From SAR324 cluster bacterium (GTDB lineage Bacteria > SAR324 > NAC60-12), in NCBI GenBank assembly GCA_022448485.1, contig JAKUUI010000005.1, forward strand, positions 5,979 to 69,978: a DNA stretch of 64,000 nt, given 5' to 3'. The position numbers and the translations under genes were made by a program. Shown here in pieces: positions 39,389 through 48,683 of this stretch. The notes beneath the pieces are model-generated. The model worked only from the letters and a program-made list of their open reading frames with translations, did not search any database and was not told the origin of the DNA. The first letter of the stretch is position 1. Each line of letters begins with the position of its first letter.

Positions 39389-39404
39389 GCAAATACCAAG
39401 CCAA
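39389..39404 (-). promoter_or_regulatory. Putative sigma-54 promoter of glnA
   Basis: Minus strand TTGGCTTGGTATTTGC: GG-N10-GC, about 80 nt upstream of the ATG. glnA is a classic sigma-54 target. Confidence 0.7.
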
Positions 39405-39570
39405 AAATCATCCTGCTGATATTACATGTATTTAATTATTTTTACAAGAAAATTAGCATATTATTTAAGCAACTGCATATAATTTAGTCAAATAAAGAAT
39501 TCCAATACACCATGAACATGCAAAGAGAAAATAATTTGCCAGCGATTTTAAAGCTAATATCGCATGAGTT

Positions 39571-39587
39571 CTGGTATATTGCTTGCT
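39571..39587 (+). promoter_or_regulatory. Putative sigma-54 promoter of flgF
   Basis: CTGGTATATTGCTTGCT: GG-N10-GC with TTGCT, about 55 nt upstream of the ATG at 39642. Confidence 0.65.
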
Positions 39588-39641
39588 TTGCTCAAAGCCT
39601 ATATAAATAAAATCAAAAACTGTAATTTTTCTGGTTCATCT

Positions 39642-40412
39642 ATGAGTGGCATGACCAGCCTTGTCCAGGCGGCAGGCGTAATTGAGCATAAAATGGAAAC
39701 TGTTTCCAACAACTTGGCAAACGTCAACACAGTCGGTTTCAAAGAAGATCAGCCATCATTTAGGGAGGTTCTTTCCACTGTACAACGGATTGCTCCGGAA
39801 TCCCTGGAAGAGCGCTTTTTGTCGCACGAATATCTTGATGACTATGTAGGCATGGACAAATCTGCCGTGGTTGTAGATGAGGTGGGGAAGAATTTCGAGC
39901 CTGGACGGATGCGTTCCACGGGTAATGATCTGGATTTTGCACTGGCCAACGAAGGATTTTTTACTATTGCAACTCCTCAAGGAGAGCGTTTTACACGAGC
40001 CGGTAATTTTCAACTTGATTCTACAGGCCGCGTTGTCACAAATGACGGTTTTCCGGTTTTAGGTAATAATGGCGCAATCACCATTAAAGAAGGTTCTGTT
40101 CATGTCAACGAAAGTGGACAACTTAGTGTAGATGGAATAATTTTGGACAGCTTCCATTTGGTACGTTTCCGTAATCAAGATAAATTGCAGAAGCTCGGAC
40201 AGGGATTTTTTGCACCGATTAACATCAATGATGTGCCGATCACTTCTGATGAAATCCGGATACAGCAAGGAATGCTTGAAGATTCAAATGTGAACAGCAT
40301 GCTCGAAATGACTCGCATGATCACGGCGACACGTGCCTATGAGTCGGTACACCGTGCACTTTCGAGAATTGATAAATTAGATGAGAAAGCCATCAGCATG
40401 GTTCAAGCGTAA
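39642..40412 (+). CDS. flgF: Flagellar basal-body rod protein FlgF
   Basis: SNNLANVNTVGFK, TGNDLDFAL..EGFF, TRAGNF, QGMLEDSNVN..EM..MI...RAYE. Precedes flgG. Start moved to MSGMTS. Confidence 0.9.
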   Translation: MSGMTSLVQAAGVIEHKMETVSNNLANVNTVGFKEDQPSFREVLSTVQRIAPESLEERFLSHEYLDDYVGMDKSAVVVDEVGKNFEPGRMRSTGNDLDFALANEGFFTIATPQGERFTRAGNFQLDSTGRVVTNDGFPVLGNNGAITIKEGSVHVNESGQLSVDGIILDSFHLVRFRNQDKLQKLGQGFFAPININDVPITSDEIRIQQGMLEDSNVNSMLEMTRMITATRAYESVHRALSRIDKLDEKAISMVQA

Positions 40413-40474
40413 TTTTATGTTACGAATATTTAAACCACAATTTATGATAATCTGATTCAGGAGTTTACCGCTTT

Positions 40475-41263
40475 ATGATGCGTGCACTTTATACGGCTGC
40501 TACCGGAATGAAAGCCCAGCAGAGAAACATCGATACAACTGCCAACAACTTGGCAAACGTTAACACCACAGGTTTTAAAAAGAGCAAGGTCCAGTTTCAG
40601 GATTTACTTTATTACAATGAGCGCAGCGCCGGTGTTCCATCATCAGTTTCCACCCAGGTTCCGGTCGGAATTCATGTGGGGCATGGTGTGAAGTACGTCA
40701 GCATTGATAAGGTGCACACTCAGGGCAATCTGGAAAATACCGGCAATGATTTGGATATGAGTATTGACGGGATAGGGTTTTTCCAAATTCTCCAACCAAA
40801 TGGAATAATCGCTTATTCACGCGATGGTCACTTCAATGTGGACGGAATGGGTCGCCTGGTGACAAATGACGGAATGCTGATGGATCCTGAAATAAATATT
40901 CCGATTGATACCAGAAAAGTACAAGTCGGAATAGATGGAACTGTATCTGTATTTTTGCGAGATGAAAATTTACCTGAAGCACTCGGCAGCATTCAGTTAG
41001 CACGCTTCCAGAATCCTGCTGGTCTGACACCAATCGGAAAAAACCTTTATCTCTCTACTCCAGCTTCTGGAAATGCTGTCGTGGATGCACCTGGTTCAAG
41101 TAACATGGGATCTATCACACAGGGGTTCTTAGAGCGTTCAAATGTGTCATTAGTTGAAGAAATGGTAAATATGATTACTGCGCAGCGGGCTTATGAGGTG
41201 AACTCCAAAGCCATCCAGTCTGCTGATGAAATGCTGCAAAATACCAACAATCTGATTCGGTAG
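40475..41263 (+). CDS. flgG: Flagellar basal-body distal rod protein FlgG
   Basis: MMRALYTAATGM.AQQ, ANNLANVNTTGFKK..FQDLLY, GFLERSNV..VEEMVNMI.AQRAYE.NSK.I...DEML. Confidence 0.97.
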   Translation: MMRALYTAATGMKAQQRNIDTTANNLANVNTTGFKKSKVQFQDLLYYNERSAGVPSSVSTQVPVGIHVGHGVKYVSIDKVHTQGNLENTGNDLDMSIDGIGFFQILQPNGIIAYSRDGHFNVDGMGRLVTNDGMLMDPEINIPIDTRKVQVGIDGTVSVFLRDENLPEALGSIQLARFQNPAGLTPIGKNLYLSTPASGNAVVDAPGSSNMGSITQGFLERSNVSLVEEMVNMITAQRAYEVNSKAIQSADEMLQNTNNLIR

Positions 41264-41318
41264 TGAATTAACCCCAAGAACATAAAAACGCAAAGTAAAA
41301 GTTTGATAAAAATTAATC

Positions 41319-41376
41319 AACCGCAATGGATGCCAAGAAACGCAAAAATACTTGCAGTTCCTTAGTCCACTCGGTT
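41319..41376. repeat. Imperfect long intergenic palindrome between flgG and flgA
   Basis: aaccg..tgga..aag.aac.gcaa / ttgc.gtt.ctt..tcca..cggtt. A related half copy sits at about 41270-41295. Confidence 0.45.
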
Positions 41377-41398
41377 GTTAAAACAACAAGGTTAGTCG

Positions 41399-42388
41399 AT
41401 GAAACGTTCTCAGCATCGTTACGGATTTTTGATGCTACTAATTTTATTATATTCCGCAACTGCATTTTCCGGCGGAAATAATATTCCTGAAGCTCAGCAA
41501 ATCAAGATTTTCCTGCCCCAATCTTCAGTAATTAACAGCGAAAAATACCGACTCGGCGAGATTGCCCAAATCGAGGGTGAAGATTATCTGCTGTTGGATA
41601 ATCTTGCAAAAATTATCATCGGACGTTCTCCTCTACCCGGAAGAAAATTGACTGTTACCCGCTCCTTGATTCTCTCCCGCTTACGCTCCCACAAAGTCGA
41701 CATCAAAAACTTTGTTTTTCCAGGATCAGACTCAACCAGCATTCAAAGAGCAGCACTCAAAATTTCAGGAAAAGACATTGAGCAAGTAGTTCTGAATCAC
41801 ATTAAGGAGTCAAATAATAATCCGGACTTGAAACCTCGCCTGTTGGCAAAAACTCGTGATATTTTTCTGCCAAGAGGACAGGTAAGCTATGTGATTACTT
41901 CAAAAGGAAATATTAAAAAGGAAGGCGGCTACCGGAATTATGAAGTTGAGTTCAGCATCGATGGCAAAGCATTCAGGAAAGTTTCAGTGCGGACATATTT
42001 AAAAATATACAAGGAAGTTTATGTTGCACGCAATACTATCAAACGTAACCATATAATTGAGGAATCGGATTTGCTGAAGGTCCGCAAAAATGTGGATCGA
42101 ATGCCACGTGAATATGTGACAGACAAAGAACAGTTAATTGGTAAAATTTCCACACGCACAATCAACCCCAGCGAAGCGATTCGAGGCAACACTGTTACAG
42201 CGCCACCGCTGGTGAAATCTGGAGATCGTTTACAAATTGTTTTTGAAACACCTTTTTTACGCCTTTCTGCTCCCGGAATTTCCCTGGCCAAAGGCCGTAA
42301 AGGAGAACGTATTCCAGTGAAAAATGTTGACAGCAAGATTGTTGTTTTTGCGACTGTTAAAACCAGAAATGTAGTGCTGGTGAATTAA
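41399..42388 (+). CDS. flgA: Flagellar P-ring formation chaperone FlgA (long form)
   Basis: Signal peptide, LGEIA.I, SAF-like VYVARNTI, PPLVKSGD, G..L..G..GE.I.VKN..S..V..A.V. Position after flgG. Confidence 0.9.
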   Translation: MKRSQHRYGFLMLLILLYSATAFSGGNNIPEAQQIKIFLPQSSVINSEKYRLGEIAQIEGEDYLLLDNLAKIIIGRSPLPGRKLTVTRSLILSRLRSHKVDIKNFVFPGSDSTSIQRAALKISGKDIEQVVLNHIKESNNNPDLKPRLLAKTRDIFLPRGQVSYVITSKGNIKKEGGYRNYEVEFSIDGKAFRKVSVRTYLKIYKEVYVARNTIKRNHIIEESDLLKVRKNVDRMPREYVTDKEQLIGKISTRTINPSEAIRGNTVTAPPLVKSGDRLQIVFETPFLRLSAPGISLAKGRKGERIPVKNVDSKIVVFATVKTRNVVLVN

Positions 42389-42427
42389 TAAAGTCAGGTC
42401 AATTAAAGATTAATAATTTATTAAATA

Positions 42428-43198
42428 GTGTCTCGATTATCTTTTCCATTTAAGCGTTTTATTCATTGGTCCCTGTCTACATTTCTGGTCCTGGGCCTCA
42501 TAGGTTGTACTCCTTCTAGACCGCAACCCAAGCCGCCTGCTGAAGTTTTGGCCGCAAATGCGGTGAAGAAAATGAAAGACAATTTAAAACGGACTGCAAA
42601 ACGCTTGAGGCGTAAACGAATTTCCACCAGCAGAAATCGCTATGAAGGTTCTCTCTGGCGCTATGAATCCTCGTTTGGAAATTTGCTCAGAGATCACCGT
42701 GCCCGCTTCCGTGGTGATTTACTGAGAATCAATGAGGTGAACTTAATAGTCAACGTGCCTCCTCCCAAAATTGCTTCAGAAGGCCAACCGGCCGGAGGTG
42801 CTGAAACAGCAAGCGTTGCTCTTGAAGCCCTGACGCTCAGAGACTCAATAGAAGAAGAACAAAACGATATTTTAAGAGCCCTGGACGCTCTTTCTGCACG
42901 TGTCATCCGGGTGCTCCCGGATGGAAACATGATTATCAAAGGTCAAAAAATTGATTATCGCCAGCGCAATCAAGTCCGCTACATTACAACTGTTACTGGG
43001 ATTTTACGCCCTGCAGACGTAAATGATTCAAACATTGTATCCGCCAGCAAACTCGCCAACCCAAACGTTAAAATCAAGCGTCAGCAAAGTAGAAGCTTGG
43101 TCCGTAAACGTTTAGAAAAACTCGCCCCCTTGCTCGGTAAGCAAAAAGCCGGAGTCCTAGGCCGTCTTGGTGAATTGGCCAAAGGTAGCACTCAGTAA
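42428..43198 (+). CDS. flgH: Flagellar L-ring lipoprotein FlgH (divergent)
   Basis: Lipobox GLIGC, GSLW..LLRD.RA...GD, ARVIRVLPDGNMII.G.K, TGILRPADV..N.V.AS.LA. Confidence 0.85.
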   Translation: MSRLSFPFKRFIHWSLSTFLVLGLIGCTPSRPQPKPPAEVLAANAVKKMKDNLKRTAKRLRRKRISTSRNRYEGSLWRYESSFGNLLRDHRARFRGDLLRINEVNLIVNVPPPKIASEGQPAGGAETASVALEALTLRDSIEEEQNDILRALDALSARVIRVLPDGNMIIKGQKIDYRQRNQVRYITTVTGILRPADVNDSNIVSASKLANPNVKIKRQQSRSLVRKRLEKLAPLLGKQKAGVLGRLGELAKGSTQ

Positions 43199-43430
43199 CG
43201 CGAACTGGGATTTTCCTGTTCTTTCTTCTCTCTCAGTCTTTTCAGCACTGACAGCATAACCAGCGCTGATTATATTCTAAAAAGCCTCAAAAACTCAACT
43301 CCGACTCTTACTGACTGTGTCACTCAATACCGAAGAGTCCATAATTTTCATTCCGTTTTTTTCAAGGTTTTGTTATACAGGTAGATATCGATTCAATTTA
43401 TTTGTTAAATCGCATTTGTTGAGTAATTTT

Positions 43431-46400
43431 ATGACGACTGATTCGAGCACCGATACATCTTCCCAACTCGACCAACAACTGAAGTTGCTTTGCTCGTTTA
43501 ATATTCAGGTTCCATGTAATCCCCAGGGAGATTTTGCTGCCAGCGGATATAAAAAACTTTTGCAGTCCCTCAAAACAACTCAAATCAGTGATTCTTTGCG
43601 AGGTTCCTACCACGATGAACATTTAAAAAAATGGAAAAAGTACGCACAAAGGGAATTTAATGAGATGGGACGTATAAACCGCTTACGTTTGGAAAGTCTA
43701 GTGGAACTTTCTGATGAAAAAATGCACCGAACTATGTTTGAATGGATGCTACTTTTTGACATCAATCCGGAAGATTCTGCCCCGTTGGAGGTGCAGGGAA
43801 AGACTGGTAAGTTTGATGAAGAGGGCAAACCTATCTTGCATACTATGACATTCGATGTTTTTCAGAAAGGAGCAATTCACGGTATTGAAGGACTCGAAAG
43901 GTTTTTACCTTCTGCCTCAATAAAGGGAGAAGCAGGAATGGATGCATATCTCGAGGAAGAATTTGCTGGAACAGACCTTGTGAGTCATTTCAAACAAGGT
44001 TCAGGGCACCTGATCAAGGCCCTGACAACTATTGGAAGTTTAGGTGGAATCGGACATAAACCTGATTCTGATATGGATGCACAGATTATTATCAACACAA
44101 ATCCGGAATTTAAATTTAACTGGAATGACGCAGATTATTTAGTAGCTCTGATTGCAAATGTGATTGAGTGTTTTTATGAAGACTATTACCGCAATGGATT
44201 GAAAGCTGAAGAACGAACAAAAATATATAAAACGGCCATTCAAACTTTAAATGAGCAATGCAGTGGCAGCTTAAACGAGGAAGAACAGCGCGTGATTGAA
44301 TTTATCTTTGCCAGTAGCTACCGCAAGGAATTACGTAAATTGATTCAAGAACATTTACAAAAACGGCCAGCAGAAGAACAACAACAATTCTTCCAGAAGT
44401 CTGTCATTAAAACTTTGAATAAATTCCCTGATTGTGAGGAATTGCTGGAACCACTTAATAATTTTTTCTCTTTTATGAAAAAAGACGGTGGTAATTTACA
44501 GCGGGAGGCCTTCCCCTATTCTTTAAAGCAATTCAGTAAAGAAAAGATACTAAATTGGTTGGTGTACTATTACCGCACCACTTTTCTGGATGAGGCTGGT
44601 GCTCGTCAAGTTTTGTGGCGTTATGCTGTCAGTAACAACCTGACACCGGAGTCTCTTCCGGAAGAGAAGCAGAATGAATGTTTTTTGAGCAGCTTGACAA
44701 ATAATTCTCAGCTGTCACAACTCTTGACCGATTTTTTTGTGCACCTTTCCAGTAAGGTGGCTTTTGCTTCCCGGACTAAAGTTTCGAGGGCTATACAAAC
44801 ACTTAAACAGCATTTCAACTCCAAGAATCTAACTATTGAAGAAGGACTGGAAAAGAGGATTTTATCGAAACTTGAAATAAAATACAGTTCACGGACCGTT
44901 GAGATGATTGAAATTTTTTCAGACGGACAAGCCAAAGATCTTGAAGCTGAAATTGAATATCCGTTACATCTCAAAATCCAGCAGGTCGAGGCTTACATGG
45001 CCAAAAAATATCCAATCGCCGAAATTCATTTTTTTGCTAACATTATGCGTAAGCAGCGCAGCGGGAAGCATACTCCTTTTTTGGTCTCTCCGGAAGGAAG
45101 CATGGCTTATGCACTGATGCTTAACGATTTTCTGCTCAACCCTGCGACAATGATCTGTGGCACTACACCAATGCCTTTTGATCTACCGAAAAATTTTAAA
45201 ATCCTCTCTTCAATTGGAGTTTTTCCTGAAGCGGAATGGACTCTAAAACAGAACCTTGCTGCAGAATATATAAAAACATCTAAACCTGCAGAAAATGATG
45301 GTGGGGAAAGTCCGGTAAAAGTGGGTACGCCAGATAAGAAGCAAATACTGGATGAGGAAACAGAATCATTTGTCTTGGGGAAACTACCAAATTGGGGTGA
45401 AATAATCATTCCGCGTGAAATGTTTTTGGGACATGCAATTCCTATCTTTTTAAGGGAAAGTGAGAAAATCAGTCACAGGAACCTTCCCAAAGCTTTGCTC
45501 AATTGTTGGTGGCTGGAAATGATTGTCTGCATTGATGAAGAAGATGAACTGCCTACAAGTTTGACCCGACTATTGTGGAATCCAGAGGGACGTTACTTTA
45601 TTCGAGAAAATCGTAAAGGACCTCTGATTGATGCTATTATCAAGATGGAAGAAAACTACCCTGCTTTGCAGTTGGACCCGTGGTGGTTGAAATTTACTGA
45701 AATGCTAGTGCGTTTTGAAAGCTATGAACAAGAGGAGGAGGAACCGGATTTTGAACTCAACACGCTATCTGAAACTCAAAAAAATATTGTTTTTTGCTTT
45801 ACACAACACATTCGAATTTCTGATGTTATCAATTTTGGTGATGAAGGGAATCCGGTCCGGCTTGGCGAAAATGCAACTTGGCGCACCAGAGCCCTAGTTG
45901 ATTTTTATAACATTTTCTTCTCTATACGTGAAGACCGTCGGGAACTAATTCGCTTTTCAGAGGGAAGGGATGATGCAGGCAACAAAATGGAAAAAATACT
46001 CAAGAATCTTTTTCTTGAGTCAATGAACCGGGTTGAGAAAAAACTTTGCAATATTGGACATGGTCGCGCACTTAGGCAAATATCCAATCAGCTGGCACGC
46101 TTGAGTGAGGAAGGCTTTGATAAAGAGAAGGCAACCAACATTCTCAGTCCTCTACTGGACGTTGTCAACCAGCGTGTATCAATTGAAGACCGGAAGGTGT
46201 TGGTAAAACTTAAAAAGAAAATTCCACTCAACAAAATTGAGCAAATGCAGGTCAAGATCGTATACGAGGAATTGCAAAAACTGAAAAGCGTGCAAGGCAA
46301 CATTGTTGATTATTTTAATCAATTCAATTTAAAAATGGAGGAAAGCTGGGTCAGAAAAACCATCACAAATGCAAAGGTAAAGATTGCAGGTAACCCCTTG

Positions 46401-47288
46401 GAAAATGTGATATTCAAATTCCATTTTGAAAGAAACTTTGAAAGAAAACATTTTCAGGTGCCTTTGCCGATCTCAAAGTGTTTGAGTATTCCAAGATCGC
46501 GGATAAAAGTTGATTTTGTGCGGAAGAGTGGAAAGTGGCAATTCAGTTCAATGCTAAGCAGCAAAGAAACTGACGGCGGCGAAATTGGTGTGGAAACGGT
46601 AATACCGATGTTTGAGGCAAACCTGGTGGAAGGCATAGCCCGCTGTACTTTTAGTGGTTATGTTGGTTTTGGCGGGGAAGATCTTTCGACCTTTGAAAAA
46701 CCTGTGGCTCAGGTTCATAGTGATGTCGCAATGAATTCAATATCAAGCGGTGCATTGTTCACATTGGCTGCTGAAATAAAAACTTTTTTCTCGCCATTTC
46801 ACGTTTCATCGCGGGAACTAATGGAAAACAAACATTACATCCGAGATATTTTGATGGTCTGCAATGTCAACAAACTCAATATAATTTCGGCAATAGTACG
46901 TGATAATCTTGGTGAGCAATTTGTGATTAATTATGATATTCGAAAAATTATAATCAAGAAGGTTCCACCCAAATTAAGAATTGGCGGAGATACAGCCCTG
47001 GCTGAGTTTTTTATGCGAATCAACAGCAGGGAGTGCCGTATTTTGTTTATGCGACATTTATCAACCCTGAAAATTCCATTATTAGCCTCTAACCCGCCTC
47101 ATTTGAAAATTTGGGTCAATGGTTCAAATTACAAATTCCCAATTTCCCCAAAATTTCAGCAGAAATATCTCAACGGGATTGCCAACAAACTCTGGCCTAA
47201 TGATTCGATTGGTACAAGAGAACATTTGCAGCCACATCCCTTGACTAGAACATTTGATGAGATCGGCAGAGCATCGCTATATGGCTAA
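43431..47288 (+). CDS. Class I adenylate cyclase-like protein with a large insertion
   Basis: Pol-beta-type TIGSLGGIGHKPDSDMD, later EIHFF...EGSMAYALMLNDF, PKALL..WWLE and LDPWW, all colinear with CyaA motifs. Start moved to ATG 43431; the ORF is open from 43317. Confidence 0.7.
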   Translation: MTTDSSTDTSSQLDQQLKLLCSFNIQVPCNPQGDFAASGYKKLLQSLKTTQISDSLRGSYHDEHLKKWKKYAQREFNEMGRINRLRLESLVELSDEKMHRTMFEWMLLFDINPEDSAPLEVQGKTGKFDEEGKPILHTMTFDVFQKGAIHGIEGLERFLPSASIKGEAGMDAYLEEEFAGTDLVSHFKQGSGHLIKALTTIGSLGGIGHKPDSDMDAQIIINTNPEFKFNWNDADYLVALIANVIECFYEDYYRNGLKAEERTKIYKTAIQTLNEQCSGSLNEEEQRVIEFIFASSYRKELRKLIQEHLQKRPAEEQQQFFQKSVIKTLNKFPDCEELLEPLNNFFSFMKKDGGNLQREAFPYSLKQFSKEKILNWLVYYYRTTFLDEAGARQVLWRYAVSNNLTPESLPEEKQNECFLSSLTNNSQLSQLLTDFFVHLSSKVAFASRTKVSRAIQTLKQHFNSKNLTIEEGLEKRILSKLEIKYSSRTVEMIEIFSDGQAKDLEAEIEYPLHLKIQQVEAYMAKKYPIAEIHFFANIMRKQRSGKHTPFLVSPEGSMAYALMLNDFLLNPATMICGTTPMPFDLPKNFKILSSIGVFPEAEWTLKQNLAAEYIKTSKPAENDGGESPVKVGTPDKKQILDEETESFVLGKLPNWGEIIIPREMFLGHAIPIFLRESEKISHRNLPKALLNCWWLEMIVCIDEEDELPTSLTRLLWNPEGRYFIRENRKGPLIDAIIKMEENYPALQLDPWWLKFTEMLVRFESYEQEEEEPDFELNTLSETQKNIVFCFTQHIRISDVINFGDEGNPVRLGENATWRTRALVDFYNIFFSIREDRRELIRFSEGRDDAGNKMEKILKNLFLESMNRVEKKLCNIGHGRALRQISNQLARLSEEGFDKEKATNILSPLLDVVNQRVSIEDRKVLVKLKKKIPLNKIEQMQVKIVYEELQKLKSVQGNIVDYFNQFNLKMEESWVRKTITNAKVKIAGNPLENVIFKFHFERNFERKHFQVPLPISKCLSIPRSRIKVDFVRKSGKWQFSSMLSSKETDGGEIGVETVIPMFEANLVEGIARCTFSGYVGFGGEDLSTFEKPVAQVHSDVAMNSISSGALFTLAAEIKTFFSPFHVSSRELMENKHYIRDILMVCNVNKLNIISAIVRDNLGEQFVINYDIRKIIIKKVPPKLRIGGDTALAEFFMRINSRECRILFMRHLSTLKIPLLASNPPHLKIWVNGSNYKFPISPKFQQKYLNGIANKLWPNDSIGTREHLQPHPLTRTFDEIGRASLYG

Positions 47289-47414
47289 TTTCATCTGATC
47301 AGATGTAGGTGACGTGAATCAGAACAGAAAAAAGTTTCCATATCAAACCATTGTCCGTATAATGGCACTATCAGGTGATTTGAAATTTTTATAACCAAGT
47401 TCCTTAGCTAAAAC

Positions 47415-48650
47415 ATGGCCTCAAAAGAACCGAAAGAAAATCCTAATACACCCAATATAAATTTCATCGGTTTTCAAAAACAACTTCGTGAAATTGCCAA
47501 AGATATTAAACAATCTAATAAAAAAACCGGGCTTAATAAAATTTTTGGAGGCAAACAGGAAAATCCGCTTGTAGACGGAAGTATCCTGCTGAGTGAAGCT
47601 CCAGATAACAAAGAGGTCTCAAAGTTAATCAAAAACTTAGATAGCAACCCAACCAATTCTCTGGCTCGTTTGCGCCTAGTGAATGTTGTGTTGGGAGTCC
47701 GCAAAGATCATCACCTGCAAACTCACCTAGACATGATGCTGCAGGCTTCAATTCCTATTTATCTCGGGGATATCTCTCCAACTTTTCTGCAGGCAGTTGT
47801 GCATGCTTATCGTTCTTATTTGGAGCGTCTGGCAAATATTCACAAACATAAAATGATGGCCATTAGGTCAGAAGAATTAAAAAATGTAAACATGAGTGGG
47901 ATAGATGTAGATGACGAATTCACCGAAGATTCACATGTTAATGATATTGCTTCAGTGAAAACCGAAATTCAAATTGCAGAGGCTTTGATAGAAAATTGTG
48001 AATCAGTAATTCAAAATATAAAAACCAAGATGACTTTATCCCTTTCACATGAAGAAATTGAGGAACTGATTGCTGGAGAAAAAGCATCCAGTTCTTTTTT
48101 TGGTGGAGTCGAAGAAAAAGTAGATCCAAACAAGCAGAACATGATTATAAGTAAAGCTGTACAGGCGATTGAAATGCTTAAACAGATTCCTTTGCTGCAG
48201 GGTGCTGGACTTGATTTGGCACAACAGTTGGGTCGAATTGACAACAAACTGACTTATCCACTGGTTATGGAGGGGCGAATTCATATGCAGGCCCTCAATT
48301 ATCAATTATTACGGGTTGAGAGTGGTGACCGCAGTGCACAAGAAAACATGGCTCCTGTCTACAATCTCGCTGTTGTGGCTTACCGCAAAGCATTAAAACT
48401 TACATCAAAAAAAACTCCCAAAAAAGCTGATCTTCCAGTGCTGACAGAGTTCGGAAACATCACCTATTATGGTTTTATTCACCGTGACAGGATGCGCTTT
48501 ACCGAGGAAGGTATAAAGACTTTGGTTAAGTTAGGAAAAGATTCTGTGGATGCTGCTGTGAATATTGATGATAGTTTTGTTCCACTGCAAAAACGTTTAG
48601 AGACCTCAATGAATGAACTCACTGGACATGAGGCAGAAGTTCAGTCATAA
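47415..48650 (+). CDS. Hypothetical all-alpha protein (TPR-like segments)
   Basis: 411-aa ORF, helical composition, NP....ARL.L and AYRKAL TPR-like patterns. TATAAT upstream. Confidence 0.75.
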   Translation: MASKEPKENPNTPNINFIGFQKQLREIAKDIKQSNKKTGLNKIFGGKQENPLVDGSILLSEAPDNKEVSKLIKNLDSNPTNSLARLRLVNVVLGVRKDHHLQTHLDMMLQASIPIYLGDISPTFLQAVVHAYRSYLERLANIHKHKMMAIRSEELKNVNMSGIDVDDEFTEDSHVNDIASVKTEIQIAEALIENCESVIQNIKTKMTLSLSHEEIEELIAGEKASSSFFGGVEEKVDPNKQNMIISKAVQAIEMLKQIPLLQGAGLDLAQQLGRIDNKLTYPLVMEGRIHMQALNYQLLRVESGDRSAQENMAPVYNLAVVAYRKALKLTSKKTPKKADLPVLTEFGNITYYGFIHRDRMRFTEEGIKTLVKLGKDSVDAAVNIDDSFVPLQKRLETSMNELTGHEAEVQS

Positions 48651-48683
48651 ATCAGATTAAGTGAGCTTAACACGGATCTTCAT

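Noticed and set aside
43199-43430. Possible gene remnant on the minus strand between flgH and the cyclase
   Set aside because: Short, stop-interrupted and without any motif I can recognise.
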